Source: Geosiphon pyriformis uo1
Taxonomy: Eukaryota > Fungi > Glomeromycota
Length of the DNA stretch: 64,000 nt
Assembly: GCA_016748015.1 (NCBI GenBank)
Contig: JAAOMT010000659.1
Coordinates: 186,001-250,000 of the forward strand
Reading direction: 5' to 3'
Shown here one piece after another: positions 27,954-43,409 of this stretch. Under the pieces are notes generated by a model. It had not been told where the DNA came from. It saw only the letters and a program-made list of their open reading frames with translations, and ran no database searches. Position 1 is the first letter of the stretch. Each line of letters begins with the position of its first letter. The position numbers were made by a program, and so were the translations under genes.

Positions 27954-28763
27954 TCAATTTGAATCTGTGAACCATTTCTTAAACGCGTACCTAGAATAAA
28001 AAGTTAAATTATATCGTGTACCAAACGAGTTCTTTGATCAAATCCACAACAAATAAATTTTTGTCTTCCGTACTCACCATTGAGCACCATAAAGAATCGA
28101 TAAGCCAATCGCACCAATTCCCAGATTGCTCTTATCAACACCTGGTCGTTTTGACAAGATATAAGCAACAAAAAGACCGGCAAGCGCAAGATCGAGTGTA
28201 GCATTTAAAATGATTGCCCCCTTCGAAGATCCTTTATGACCTTCACCATGATCATCGCGCGATTTCAATTCCTTAAATTCCTTTAGTATCTCATCAACAG
28301 CTTTCTTATTGGTCTCGGGTTCCTTTATGGTGTCTGGTATTAATGTTTGTCTTACTTTAGACTTTTTGATCTCTCCCAAAGGTTTCAACGAATCTCTATA
28401 GTTTTCGAAATTGGCACTTTTACCTCTTGTTCCTGGATCAACACTGCCACCAACCCTAGTAACCCTTTGCCTTTCTTTTGATTCACTCGAACCTTTTTTT
28501 TCCTCTCCACCTAGCGTTACCATAACTTCGGATGAGTTCAGACTTCGTGACGTTGGTAGGCCTCCAGGAAGGGAACTTTCTGAAGAACTGAGACTTGAAG
28601 GGTTATATCCATGATTTTGAGTCATGTTGGCTTCAAGATTTTCGATACCGTCTTCGCCGTCGTCGGATAACGTTCCTAGTGCGGCTTTCATGCTAGGGTT
28701 GTCGCTATTTAACAACGTGCTAGGGGCCTGCGGAATATTACTAACCACAAACTGTGTTGCCAT
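27954..28763 (-). CDS. Hypothetical protein: low-complexity N-terminus, two C-terminal hydrophobic segments (2 exons)
   Basis: 229-codon ORF ending at a GTGAGT donor (~28077); acceptor ~27991 gives WYAFKKWFTDSN*; hydrophobic LDLALAGLFVAYIL and LGIGAIGLSILYGA. Confidence 0.75.
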
Positions 28764-29118
28764 TTTTAAAAAGATTCAAGCCCAAGTTTCGCTTAAACTC
28801 CGATATTTTGTAAATTTTTACATCATTGATCTCATATTATGCACCAATCTTAGCTAGTTTAAGACTTACTGTGGATTTTGTAAAAAAGAATTGGGATGAG
28901 TCACCCTCAAATCTCTGTTTCCAGATTCCTAATTCCTGGGACGGTTTTCATATTTACTAGTCCCAGTAACCTGATGATATGATATCTGCCGATCTCAAAG
29001 ACTCTTATCCGTTTAATCTTCTCGAACTTGCCTTTCAACACATCTCAAACCTTTCGTAGTCTTTTTGGTCACAATAGGTAAAAAAGGAAAACTTCACCTC
29101 CAGAGTCAGAAACGCAAG

Positions 29119-29624
29119 ATGTCGCAAATTCCCGAGGGGGACGGTAGCGGTTAGTACTCCATTCTAAAACTCATTTGAAAATTTTGACTAAAATATTTGT
29201 GTTGACCCAATTTTTAAAATATGTAATTTTTCCTCGTTTCATATTTTTTACACAGACGAATACTATGAACCAATGACTGTAGATGAATATGATGAGTCAC
29301 CATCTGGTGGTAGTGGCTCTTTCCACCAACCTATGTTATTCCGAGAAAGTGGTAGTGGTCACCCTGGCGGTAGCGGCGCTGCTATCGGCATGGGTATCGC
29401 TTTCCCAGGTGACGAGAGTTACTTTGCCGCTCACGCTGCCCATCACAAGGCCGGTCATAAACATAGTCAAGGAGGTGATAAGGTTGTCGACCAGGAATTT
29501 TTTAATGGTACGCGTTTTCATTATATTGAAATGTTGACTAATTATCAATTTGGTTATATGTGTTCAATTTTTCCCAATTGATCCAGATTTTCCTGATGAT
29601 TTTGATGATGATGATCTTAAATAA
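29119..29624 (+). CDS. CSN9: COP9 signalosome subunit 9 (CSNAP/MYEOV2 family); exons 29119-29149, 29256-29507, 29587-29624
   Basis: Spliced product ends KVVDQEFFNDFPDDFDDDDLK*, matching the CSNAP F/D-rich C-terminal motif (DFFNDFEDLFDDDD); both introns GT-AG, phase 1. Confidence 0.85.
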
Positions 29625-29928
29625 ATTATAAGCCACGAACGGGATTTCCTGTTTAGGCATTTATTCGCTAAACTCATCCCGCTCTAGTAAACCTCTGAGC
29701 TTTCTTGATAATCACTCTTTAAAATAGTTTAGATTGGGGTAATATAAATTTTTAATTTTCATGTAATTTAGATGTGTCCAGGGTATTTTGATCATTTTTA
29801 TTTGACAGTATGAAGCAACAAAAAAACCGTCTAACCGTGATAGTCCATCTTAAACGTCCTTTTAAATGATAATTCCTCGAATACAATATATATTGGTAAT
29901 TGGTGATTATGTACGTGTTCCCTAATTT

Positions 29929-32753
<2,825 letters not shown>

Positions 32754-32810
32754 TTGTCCCTTTGAATAAAGAAAAAGTCCAAAAGCAATTATTTCAATAT
32801 CTTCTTTATT

Positions 32811-32828
32811 TTTCGCGTCACAACGCGA
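32811..32828. promoter_or_regulatory. E2F/SCB/MCB-like CGCG elements upstream of MCM7
   Basis: TTTCGCGT (32811-32818) and ACGCGA (32823-32828), 58-75 bp upstream of the ATG. Confidence 0.55.
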
Positions 32829-33471
32829 CATTAGTAGATTGTCCTAATATATGCTCCGGTCATGTGATTTGGTGTGTACTGAAACTTTATTACAATAGGA
32901 AATTTTTGCTTAATACATAAAGCAAATCATTATTTTATTTTATTATAATCTGATTTTTCTATGATATATTTCTTGTACTTTTTTATTTATTGCTAATTTT
33001 TTTATAATATAGTCTGTAATATATAAGTTAAATTAATATTAACATATTGTTATTTAAAGAATTTTTTTCTTATTAGTAAGTTTTTAAAAATAAATTGTAA
33101 AAAAAATTAGCTTTTATCTGTTTTTTATCTGTTTTTTATTATAAAATATTTTGTTATTGATTAATATAAAATTAATTTTGTTTTTAATAACTTGTATTTA
33201 CAATTGTTTATTAAAAATAATAATAATAATTAGTTGTAATATTAAGTATTATTTATATTTTAATATATTTAAAATAATTAAATAAATGTAAATAAATACT
33301 AAACAAATAATTTATAAATTTGTAAAATTTTTAAACTATTATTTTTAAAATTTATTAATTACAAAAATCAAATTTCAAACTTAAAAATAAAATAATAAAT
33401 ATAATATACAAGATATTTAATAATAATATTAAAAATTATTTGTAAAAAATAAATAATTTATTATTAATTTA

Positions 33472-33473
<2 letters not shown>

Positions 33474-33552
<79 letters not shown>
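33474..33552. repeat. (ATT)n microsatellite
   Basis: Directly visible trinucleotide run. Confidence 0.95.
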
Positions 33553-33553
<1 letters not shown>

Positions 33554-33584
33554 AAATTTAATTATTTAATATAATATAACTATT

Positions 33585-34635
33585 AAAAAAACACATAGTA
33601 AACTTTATTAGAATAAGAAGTTTGACATATTTTGGTTTAAAATTAAAGGCTATTTGAGAGTTCCAGACAATAAACATATTAATAAACTGGCTTGCTTGAC
33701 TTTACATTCAAATTTTGTAATTTCTATTTTAGTCAAGAAAAGTTATATTAAGGCTGATAAAGTAGTGATATTAAGAAATGTTTAGCATTTTACTTGTAAT
33801 GTTTTTAGAACTATCTATTAAGCTCATTAAAAAATTGGATCTGGGTCCAATATAATTAATACTAATATAATTGATGATGTGAATTGGAATTGAACTTTAT
33901 TGGTTTAATATTTTGACTCATATATAACATCCAGTTTTATAAGTAAACTTATTGTTAATCTGTATTTATATTTTATGAAGATTTTATATTATTATTTATC
34001 AGTTATTATAAAAAAATACTTGTATAATAAAACTTATTCTAATGTGTTGTGTCTTTATTATAGAAAAATGAAACTTCTTAATTACTTATTTATATGTATA
34101 ATAAATTCTGTTGCTTATAATATATTGCTTGATTCACTTATGGTCCAGTGGATTTCTATGTTAAAAGTGTGTCTGTTATTATCTCATATTATGCAGATGC
34201 TTTCTATTTATGCCTTTAATCTTGAGATATATATAGCTTTGTGCAAGAGTTTTGTCTTTAAAAATTGGGTTTTAAAGACTTTATGCATTTTTGGCTGTGC
34301 TAAAGTTGCTAGCATAAAAATTATTGAATTGGTAAGAGATTTGAAAAAAACTTATTGTAAAAAATGTAAATAGTCAAAGTTAAGTACAGAGTGTTTATAG
34401 AATTTAAAAGTTTAATTATGTGTAATAGTTTAATGTAGTTAGAGATTTATGAGTTTTTTTTATTGCTTTCTGATGGGTTTGTTAAGTTACTTGGTATTAT
34501 TAAGACACAAAGTATTGGTTTTGGTTTTTGTAAACTTTGCAGTTTTTTTCTTGGTATTAATAGTGTGATATCTGTTAATATAGTTCTATAGTATTGCTTT
34601 AATTAGCCCAAGTGACTGGTCATGTGTAAAAAATA
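33585..34635 (+). mobile_element. Decayed LINE 3' portion (end of RNase H to C-terminus/UTR)
   Basis: WFKIKGYLRVPDNKHINKLA (decayed WxKxKGH..GNE.AD), Cys-containing segment LCLYY, and a C-terminus/UTR homologous to 5040-5310. Confidence 0.7.
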
Positions 34636-35446
34636 CATATGTGTAAAGTCAAAAAACAAAAAAGTTTGTGTGATTATCATATTGACACTAAGTTTATTGT
34701 TAAAACTAGTAGATTAGAAAACCAAGGTAATTTGTTTTTATACTTGGCAGCCAGTGTCTTTGTTAATAACACAATTTGAATAAAAAGTAATCAAATTACT
34801 ACTTAGTATATTTTAGATATAGTAATATTACAGATGATTATTTGAAGTATTAGAACAAATAACAAACCCATAACTTAGTGCTTAATAGCTAGTAATATTG
34901 GTAATTTCTGAAGATTTTGAAGTCTAAAAGTTTTGGGTTGAGTTTTTTGTATAATAAACAAAAATTCAATTGATGGTTTTTTCTGTGAATTTTTTTTTAA
35001 TATGATGGCCAGTTTATTTTAACAGTCATGTTTTTTTAATAAGCTATTCTTAAATTTTTATTCTTATTTTTGGGTTTTTTACCAAATTATCTTTGATATT
35101 GAATACTTAGCACTTAATTCTTTTTTAATTAATTAGTAAACAACAAAGAAATGAAACAAAAAAAAATAAAAAATTAGTATCTCATTAATAGTTATAATCA
35201 AAAACTATTATTTCAGTATGGTTAAATATTGAATTCTATTAATATAGAGTGTAGAATTGATTAATATTTCTTAATCAAATAATAATAATATGAATTTAAA
35301 TAATAATTAATATTTTATTAATATGTAATTTGATTGTATTTTAAGTTGTAAAAAACTATTTTTTAAAGAAAAAAGTATTAAATAATTAATGAATTTTAAC
35401 TAATTTGTTTCAATTAATTCTGTTTTTTTGTTTCTAATACTCTTAC

Positions 35447-36415
35447 TATTACTAAAGGTTTTTAGTCTCTTTTTTTGAATGTTGTTAATGTCTGTTTGTT
35501 GTGAATTCACATTTTCTGGAAGTTAGTGAATCTCTAATAATTAAATTTATCTTCAAATTATTTTTTATAATTTGAATCACTGAACTTATAAGTGGAATGG
35601 CCAATTTCATAACAGTTACTTTGTATAATTATATTGTAATAAATATTAACTTTTTCTCAGAAATTGCTAAAGTGAAAGCTTATTAAAAAATATGCAATTA
35701 CTTTACTATGAAAGTCAACTTTTTTACAGGAATTTTGTTTATAGGCTACTCTAATAATTATAATAAAAAATAAAAAAAAATAAAAGAAATGTAAAAAAAA
35801 TAAAATTTTATCAAGTAAAACGTTTTTTATTCAAGCCTGGAATTATTAATAAATTATTGAAATTGGTAGCTAATTAATTTTAAAACATTAATTGGGTTTT
35901 AGGAATTATCAAATATAATAATCAAAAATTGAATTTTTAAATATTTATTTTTATTGATTTGTAAAGATATGTAAAGAATAATTGCTTCTAATTAAGATAT
36001 CTAAAGTAAAATACATTTTTTCAAAGAAAAAAGTTCTTCTTTATACAACTTGTTATAGTACTAGTCTTTGAATTTGCATTTTTTTCTTTGCTATTGTTTA
36101 ATCAACTAAAGATACATTTTGATGAACTACAAGTTATTTTTACAAACTATTAATTATTTTAGTAAACTATTAATTATTTCTACAAATTTCTATAAATTTT
36201 AGCAAATTTTTGAATGTTAAGTGGTTTAGAATATTGTATAATTTAATCATCTTAATTTCTATAGTACAAATTGGTTTATTAATTAAATAGTAATATTTGA
36301 TAATTTGATTAAATAATAAGTGATAATTAAAATGTTTAATAATATATGTTAATTAATAATAAGAATTATAAGAGTAATTTCATGTTAATTAATAGCTAAA
36401 ATTCTACTGGTAACA
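35447..36415 (-). repeat. 3' LTR of element B
   Basis: Homologous to 54311-55266 and 59696-60647; tattac...gtaaca termini. Confidence 0.9.
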
Positions 36416-38612
36416 TAATCTTTTTCTTAAGTTTGAGCTCCATTAAAGTCTAAGTACCATCTGTAATATTGAGATAGTAATCCAAAATAATCGTGGTAAT
36501 TTGGTTTGAAAATTGTTGAAATTCTAGTTCTGTAAATTTGCCAATGTATTAAATCTTTATTGGTTGGAGTATTGGATTTTGTAAGACATTTTTGCAAATA
36601 TTGAATAAGTAATAGAGTTTAAGTGCTGTTTTAAGTTTATAGGGAGTATTTGTTGGTTCAGCTGCTGTTTTGAATTCATTGTGAATTTGTTTTTGTATAG
36701 TTTTAGAAATAAGATTTGTTATTACAAGTTCTAATTTTACTCATAAAATATTCTTTTAATATAAAAATATCTATAAATAAGAGTATGTTTATTGTTTTGC
36801 TTATTAAAAAATAACAGAAGTTTTTGTTAGGTTGTAATATTTGGTGAAATATCAATAGGATTGAATAAAAGATTTTCTTTTAAAGCTTGCTTTAAAAGTT
36901 TTGGTAATTGATTTTCAGAATAAATTTTTGTTTTTTTTTTATAGAAGTAATAATTTTGCAAATTAAATACTACTGGTATTATAGTTTTTTTTTGAATATA
37001 ATTAATTTGACTTCTATTAATTGTTATAGATAAATTTGGAAGTGTTTTCAAAGCTAACATTAATTTTTGGAATATTTATTAAATATTTTGGGAAATAATT
37101 ATAATAAAAATGACTAACTAAGAATAAAAATTTAGAAAAAAAAATTTGAAAAGAATAAGAAAATTGTTTTTGGATATAGGAGTTTTATATGTTTTTGAAT
37201 TTGGATATTTTTTGTGATTATTTATTGTTTGTGTATTTTAATGTTGAATTTTAAATAATTAAGTTTTGTTGTTGTTCTATTATAATTATTGGTTTTAAGT
37301 TTTGGGAAATATTTTCAGGATTAATTAAAGGGGAATGTGTACTAATTTGTGGAATTAATAGTTTAGAGTTTGTTCTAAAGTGATAATGTTTCAATCAATC
37401 TTTATATGCAACTTTTACTAAGACTTTGTCATCAAGTTTTAACTTGTATAATCTATTGTCTAAAACTTTATAGATATAGAATAATCTGTTTTATTTATGT
37501 TCAAATTTACCACTTTATTGTTTTTTAGTCTTAGTTTTGTGTAAAAAAACTTTGTTTCCAATTTTAAATTTGGTGGTTGGTCACAATTTATTGTTATGTT
37601 ATTCTTTTTGTTAAGCTTAAGAATATTCAATATAAGTGACTGCAATTTGTCATTTTTTTTCTAATATATTGAAAAGAGTATAAGCTTTTTATTAAAGTGT
37701 TTTTTGAAAGTTTTCTTCATTAATAAGTACCACTGAGTATGTTTCTATAGTAAAATTAATTGGTAATATTGCTATTTTTCCATAGGTTAAATCAAAAAGT
37801 ATGTGCTTTATGGTATTTTGTTTTAGTGTTTTATATACTAGTAATACTGATGAAATAAAAATATTCTATTCTTGTTCAAAGTTAGTTGAAACTTTGGCTA
37901 ATAATTTACAAAATGTTCTGTTAAACTATTTTACTAATTCATTTGTTTGTAGATGATATAGTAATGATAAAAGTTGTTTAATATTAAACTGTTTACTAAT
38001 TTTTTGTATCAAGTTGTTTACAAAAGATGTTTTTTAATTAGATAAGAGTTCAATTGGGCATCTATGTCTATAAATAGTGTTTTTATAAATGAAATTTGCT
38101 ATTGATTTTGTATTTGCTCTTTAGATGGCTCTGGTTTTTGGCCATTTGATAAGATAGTCTACAGTAATTACAATATAATGGTTTTTTTGAGTGGTAATAA
38201 ACAGTAGTTTAATTAAATCAATTCCTATTTTGTCAAAAAATTGTTCAACTTTAATTGAATTTAAAGGTTTAATGAGTCAAATTTCTTTTCTTCTTTGATA
38301 ACTATCACATGATTCTATATATTATCAAATGTCTTGATACATGTAAGACCAAAAATAATGTTTTAATGTTCTTTGTATTGTGGTGTTTTTTCCTAAATAT
38401 TATGATAAAAAGTTTGTATACATGTTGTATAAGATTGTTTTTTATTTTATTTTATTGGATTAATCAAAGTGAATTTGTTGAATTTTGGCAGTTTTGATAA
38501 TAAATTTTGTTGTAATACAGAAAGTATTGTTTGAATTAATGTTGTAATTAGTATTTTTTAGCTAAAGACCAATTTTCTGATATGTTGAGAGTCTCCAGAT
38601 AGTTTTTGATGT

Positions 38613-39396
38613 TGTTACTCATAGAATATAAGAAGTATATTAGCATATAAATTAGCCAATCAGAAGTAGCTGTAGTAAATGTAAAATTCCAGGATTCTAG
38701 GAATTTCAAGGTTTTTGTATAAGGAATTGCAGAATTCCAGGAATTCCAGGATTCCTAGTGTAAAGAATTGAGGAATTGAGGAATCTCAATTATGTATATA
38801 TAGCAGTAGTATTAGAAGTAAAAAAAACAGACTTTTTAGTTTAGTTTGATCTAAGCAATCTTTCACATCACAAATATCAATAAATAATTATTTATTATCT
38901 CAATCTACTTTCCACTATCAACATTTTATGTTAATAGTAACTCATACTTAAACACACTGGAACAATAGCTCTTAATTATGGCTATTGACAGGATACTAAC
39001 TTGCAAAATTGTCTTGGCTTATTTCTTTATTTTCTTTGTTTCTTTTATTTTCTTTGTTATTTCTATTGTTGTTTACTAAATTGATTAAAGATTAAGTGCT
39101 GAATTATTAATGTCAAGGATTGCTTGGTAAAAGATCCTTGTGAGTAGATAGAGCATATAAAAGAATTATGGATTACTTACCAGAAGATTGCTGGCCACCA
39201 AGCCAAGAAAAAAATTGACAGAATTACGATTCCGGAAGGCTACTGAAAACAACTATTGAATCTCTGTCCATTATACAAAGAACCCAATCAAAACTTTCAG
39301 ATACAACAACTTTCAGCAATCAACATCATTATATCAATTGAGCACCAAGTTACGGGTTTGTTATTTGCTTTAAGATCTCAAATAATCATTATAATA
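38613..39396 (+). repeat. 5' LTR of element A
   Basis: TGTTAC start, GGAATTCCA-type U3 repeats, TATA-like element at ~38796, direct repeat of 47770-48578. Confidence 0.93.
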
Positions 39397-39398
39397 TT

Positions 39399-39415
39399 TG
39401 GTGCTCCCTGTGAGG
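39399..39415 (+). promoter_or_regulatory. Primer binding site of A (probably tRNA-Ile UAU)
   Basis: TGG start 2 nt after the LTR; reverse complement CCTCACAGGGAGCACCA resembles the eukaryotic tRNA-Ile(UAU) 3' end. Confidence 0.6.
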
Positions 39416-39429
39416 TATAATCCTACAGA

Positions 39430-41690
39430 GAACCAGCATCAACAACACTCATCCAAAAGTGGCAAAATCAGAAAGAATAGGAGCAAACCATTTAAGATTC
39501 ATGAAATCTTTATTTTAACACTACTGTCAACACTTGAGATTAAACCACAATCACATATTAGTAGAATTAGTCTTCAATTTTTATGTCAACGAGAAAATTG
39601 CCTATTTGTCAAGAACACTAGTAAATACCGAATTAGCAAGGGAAACTTTTTACAACAAATTAATTCAAAACACTAGCCTATCAACAAATTCCAATTTTGC
39701 ATCTATTATCACAGAAATCAATAAAGAAATTGAATATTACACTCAACAAAGATATCCAATTACATATACCAGTAAAAAAAAAGAAAAACTGCAAACACCA
39801 GCAGTGACATCTCAAAGAATACAATCACCCACTTAGAAAAAAACCAGAGTTAAGTTACCAAACAACTCATCCTACTACTATATACCTGGAAGTGTCATCA
39901 ACATAACATTAGTAGGTGCATCTACATCAAACATAACATCAATGTTTGGCTGATTTTCATTTCAAAGTAAACAAAAAAAAACAGATTTATTAGGACCATA
40001 TAGTAAATATTTTAAGGAATTTAATTTATGCTTGTCAACACCATCAGAATTTCAATCATTGCTACCACCACCAAATTTTGAAACAGCTGATCTATGAGAA
40101 GTAACAAAATCAGAAGAAGAAGAAAAAGAAGAAGCTAAGAATCAAAAATTTACTTACCAAAACCTGATCCCAGAAAATCCAAAAATTAAAATTCCAAATA
40201 TTCAAACTTAGGAAAATCAGAATAATCCAAACTCTGACTTAATTAATCAGCAAAACCTACTTCTGATAAGAATCATCAATCAATCACTAATTAACCCAAT
40301 AGCCAAACTTCTACAACAGCTACTCCAACAACTAAATCAGCAAATTCAACTTCTGCAAGAACCATTCCAACAACAAATACTTCAACAATAGCAACAATAA
40401 TTCATGGCATTTACACCAATAGCAAAACTGGAAAGATTCACCAGTAAAGAAAATGATGCCCAGGTGTGGATCAATAACATTGCCAAAGCAATTATAGTAA
40501 ATAATTGGGATGACAACAGAGCTCTTCAAGTAATTCTGTACTTTTTCCAAGATACTGCTGATTCATGATATCAGAGCTTAGCTGCCAGACTGCAAATCTT
40601 TTAGAAATTCAAACTTGAATTCTTAAAATATTTCAGTAATAATAATAGTATTAATTGCTTGGCCAATACCTTCAATACAATCAAACAAGGAGATACAGAA
40701 GCAGTCACCACATACTTGGAACACTTTCATCAAAATCTATGACAGATCCAAGCAATAGACACCAACTATTTCACAGCACCACAGATTTTAAACCAGTTTA
40801 TTTATGGTCTGTGCAGTAATATTCTCCAACATGTATGTCCATTACATCCAGTCATGCTTTAAGCCACCATTACTCATGCCAGAGACTTTGAGTCAGCTGA
40901 GTTAGAGGCCAATCACATCCAAGCTATTAATCTAGTAATAAATGAATCATCTGAATTGGATTCTAAATTAAAACAATTCAGCAATTCAATTAATCAGAAA
41001 TTAGAGGGATACTTAGCTAACAATTACACAATTTATCAGCCACTACAATAACACAATAATATAAGAAATGCCAATTGTTTCCAAAATCAGTTGTATCCCT
41101 TGTTATCTAATCAAACGTGGCAGCAAGAGATGCATGTTTGTCACAACTGTAGTAAACAAGGTCACATTAAAATTAATTGCCATTTTTATTGTAGCCCATG
41201 ATTGGAAAATCAATACAAAAACTCTGATTACTGATTTCAAACTTTGAACCATCATCCAAATCAAGATTAATATCAAACCACTTACCTACTAATGATACAA
41301 CAACCAATATACCAACCACCCATATATCAATCTTCAATTTATTAACCACAGCCACAAATAATATATCAACTGCTGTAGTCACAAATAATTTATCAGACAC
41401 CCACAGTTCAAACACTGCTATCAAACCCAGCTCAAATAACACCAAAAACCCCAGATCATGGATCACTCAAAACTGGAAATTGGTAATGGTTGTTCATCAA
41501 CCAATTCCCAGTTCTTCCAACCAACTATTAGAACCACGTTTTCAGAGCTCAGGAACTGAGTATGCCCAAAACCCAAATTTTCAACACTATTTAAGTCTTC
41601 TGGTTACCTTAAAAGACACTTCACCCAATTACCCAAAACCCAACCAACAACCACTACTTACTAATAATATCTCACCTGCAACCAGTACCA
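39430..41690 (+). pseudogene. gag: gag of A (long N-terminal extension, capsid, CCHC knuckle)
   Basis: KLERFTSKENDAQVWI, FNTIKQGDTEAVTTY (retrotransposon gag), CHNCSKQGH at ~41138; stops and frameshifts. Confidence 0.8.
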
Positions 41691-41739
41691 AAGATGAAAT
41701 TCTTGTTGTCATATTTCTTTGAACTCAAAAAAACAAACC

Positions 41740-42130
41740 CAGTTCTATTATTTAGAGGAGCCACATTGGACACCAAACTCATAACCACAATATACACTGA
41801 TGCCAAAGTGGATAAGCACTCCATTAAACTGATCTTAGACAGTGGATCAGCTGGCAGCATCATCACAAAACAACTTATGGATCAATTAGGTTGCCAAGTT
41901 GATCATGCTGCCAGTGCTTGCATAATTACTGCAGATGAAGCAACCAAAATCTCTATTAGTGAAATTGATGACTTTCTCTTTGAAGTCAATGGCATCATTA
42001 TTCTTATCAAAGTTCTAGTGATAGAAGTAACTCAATATTAGGCATTAGTAGGAAACAACTGGTTATCTAAAACCAATGCTATACTTGACTGGATAACATA
42101 GGAGCTCCAATTTAGCCAAAATGGCCAAGA
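41740..42130 (+). pseudogene. Retropepsin aspartic protease of A
   Basis: LILDSGSAGSII ... ALVGNNWL. Confidence 0.85.
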
Positions 42131-43409
42131 CACACAAGTATTAACCATGTGTAGTCACTTTAAAACCAACAACCCACCAGCACCACTTATTAACTTTGAG
42201 GAAGAAAAAGAAAAACCAACTTGAAAAGTGTATCAAGTTTTATGGGCTGACAATGACCACAATGAGCTGCCATCCATACTTTCTTGGAATGACAATGAGA
42301 AAAAAAAACAATGAGAAAAACTTACCTGAAATACTGACCAAGCATGGGGAACTGACAATAACCAGAACAAACTGTCAACTTGGAAGTAGGAAAAGGATAA
42401 CAAGAGAAAGGAAAAAGAAAGAAAAGAAGAAAACGTACTTGAAGAAGCCACAAACACCAATGAAATAAACAGTGGCTGGACAAATTCATACTCAGTCCAT
42501 GAGTCACTGCCACAACCACCATACATATCTCTCAAATACAAAGACTGTGAGAAGAAACTTTTTTCCATGAAAGCTTGGATAGTGTTAGATGAAGACTACT
42601 GAACACACACGCATTATTACTATAAGCCATGCCATAGAAAATAATACAGGTACTCAAAACATCAAGGAAAGTGAGACAACAAACCATGTCTTGCTTGTGG
42701 CAAACAGTTGCTTAACAAAGAAATGTGGAACAACATTTCTGGATAAGAAGGAACATGCAATGCTTTGTGCTAATACACAATCTTCATCAACAACTGGATG
42801 AGTTATGCAATGCCTATTACTGCAGTCTGGCATTGAGCAATTAATTGCTTGAACAGGTATTCACACAATAAGAATAAGATCTGGCATATGACCAATGCCA
42901 AAGTCGAAGGAGCCACATCCAGTGAAATCTTAGAGATCAAAAACAATTCATCAGAACCAGTCGATATTGTTTTGATCCCCAATCCAGAAGCATTCTTGGA
43001 TATTGAAACAGATCCAAAAAAATTTTATGAACATTATCAAAACTTAGCACCCACTAGAAAAAAACAAAAGCAACACTTAGAACAGTTGAACACTAGACTG
43101 TATTAATACTGCCTAATTCCCTGTAACTTTCAATATTGTAATAAGTATGATCTCATTTACAATCCACCACTATGCATGATCTACATGATCCCAGAAGAGG
43201 AAAAACCAATTAGCAGCTGCATATTGGAATTGGAATCAAAGTCCAATCCTAATTCAAACTCCGACAATGATGATAACAAAAACAATGGTTCTAGCTCTGC
43301 TCAATATGGCCATAATAACAACAATAATTTAAATTCAGATTCAAACTCCAATCTAAACTATGAACAATATATCATGCTCCCCAATCTTACCAAAGAACAG
43401 AAACTGAAA

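Noticed and set aside
38683-38790. Short repeats in LTRs (also 55320-55480, 59455-59575) as CRISPR-like arrays or heat-shock elements
   Set aside because: No unique spacers and a eukaryotic LTR U3 context; TTC-GAA spacing is n3, not the n2 of an HSE.
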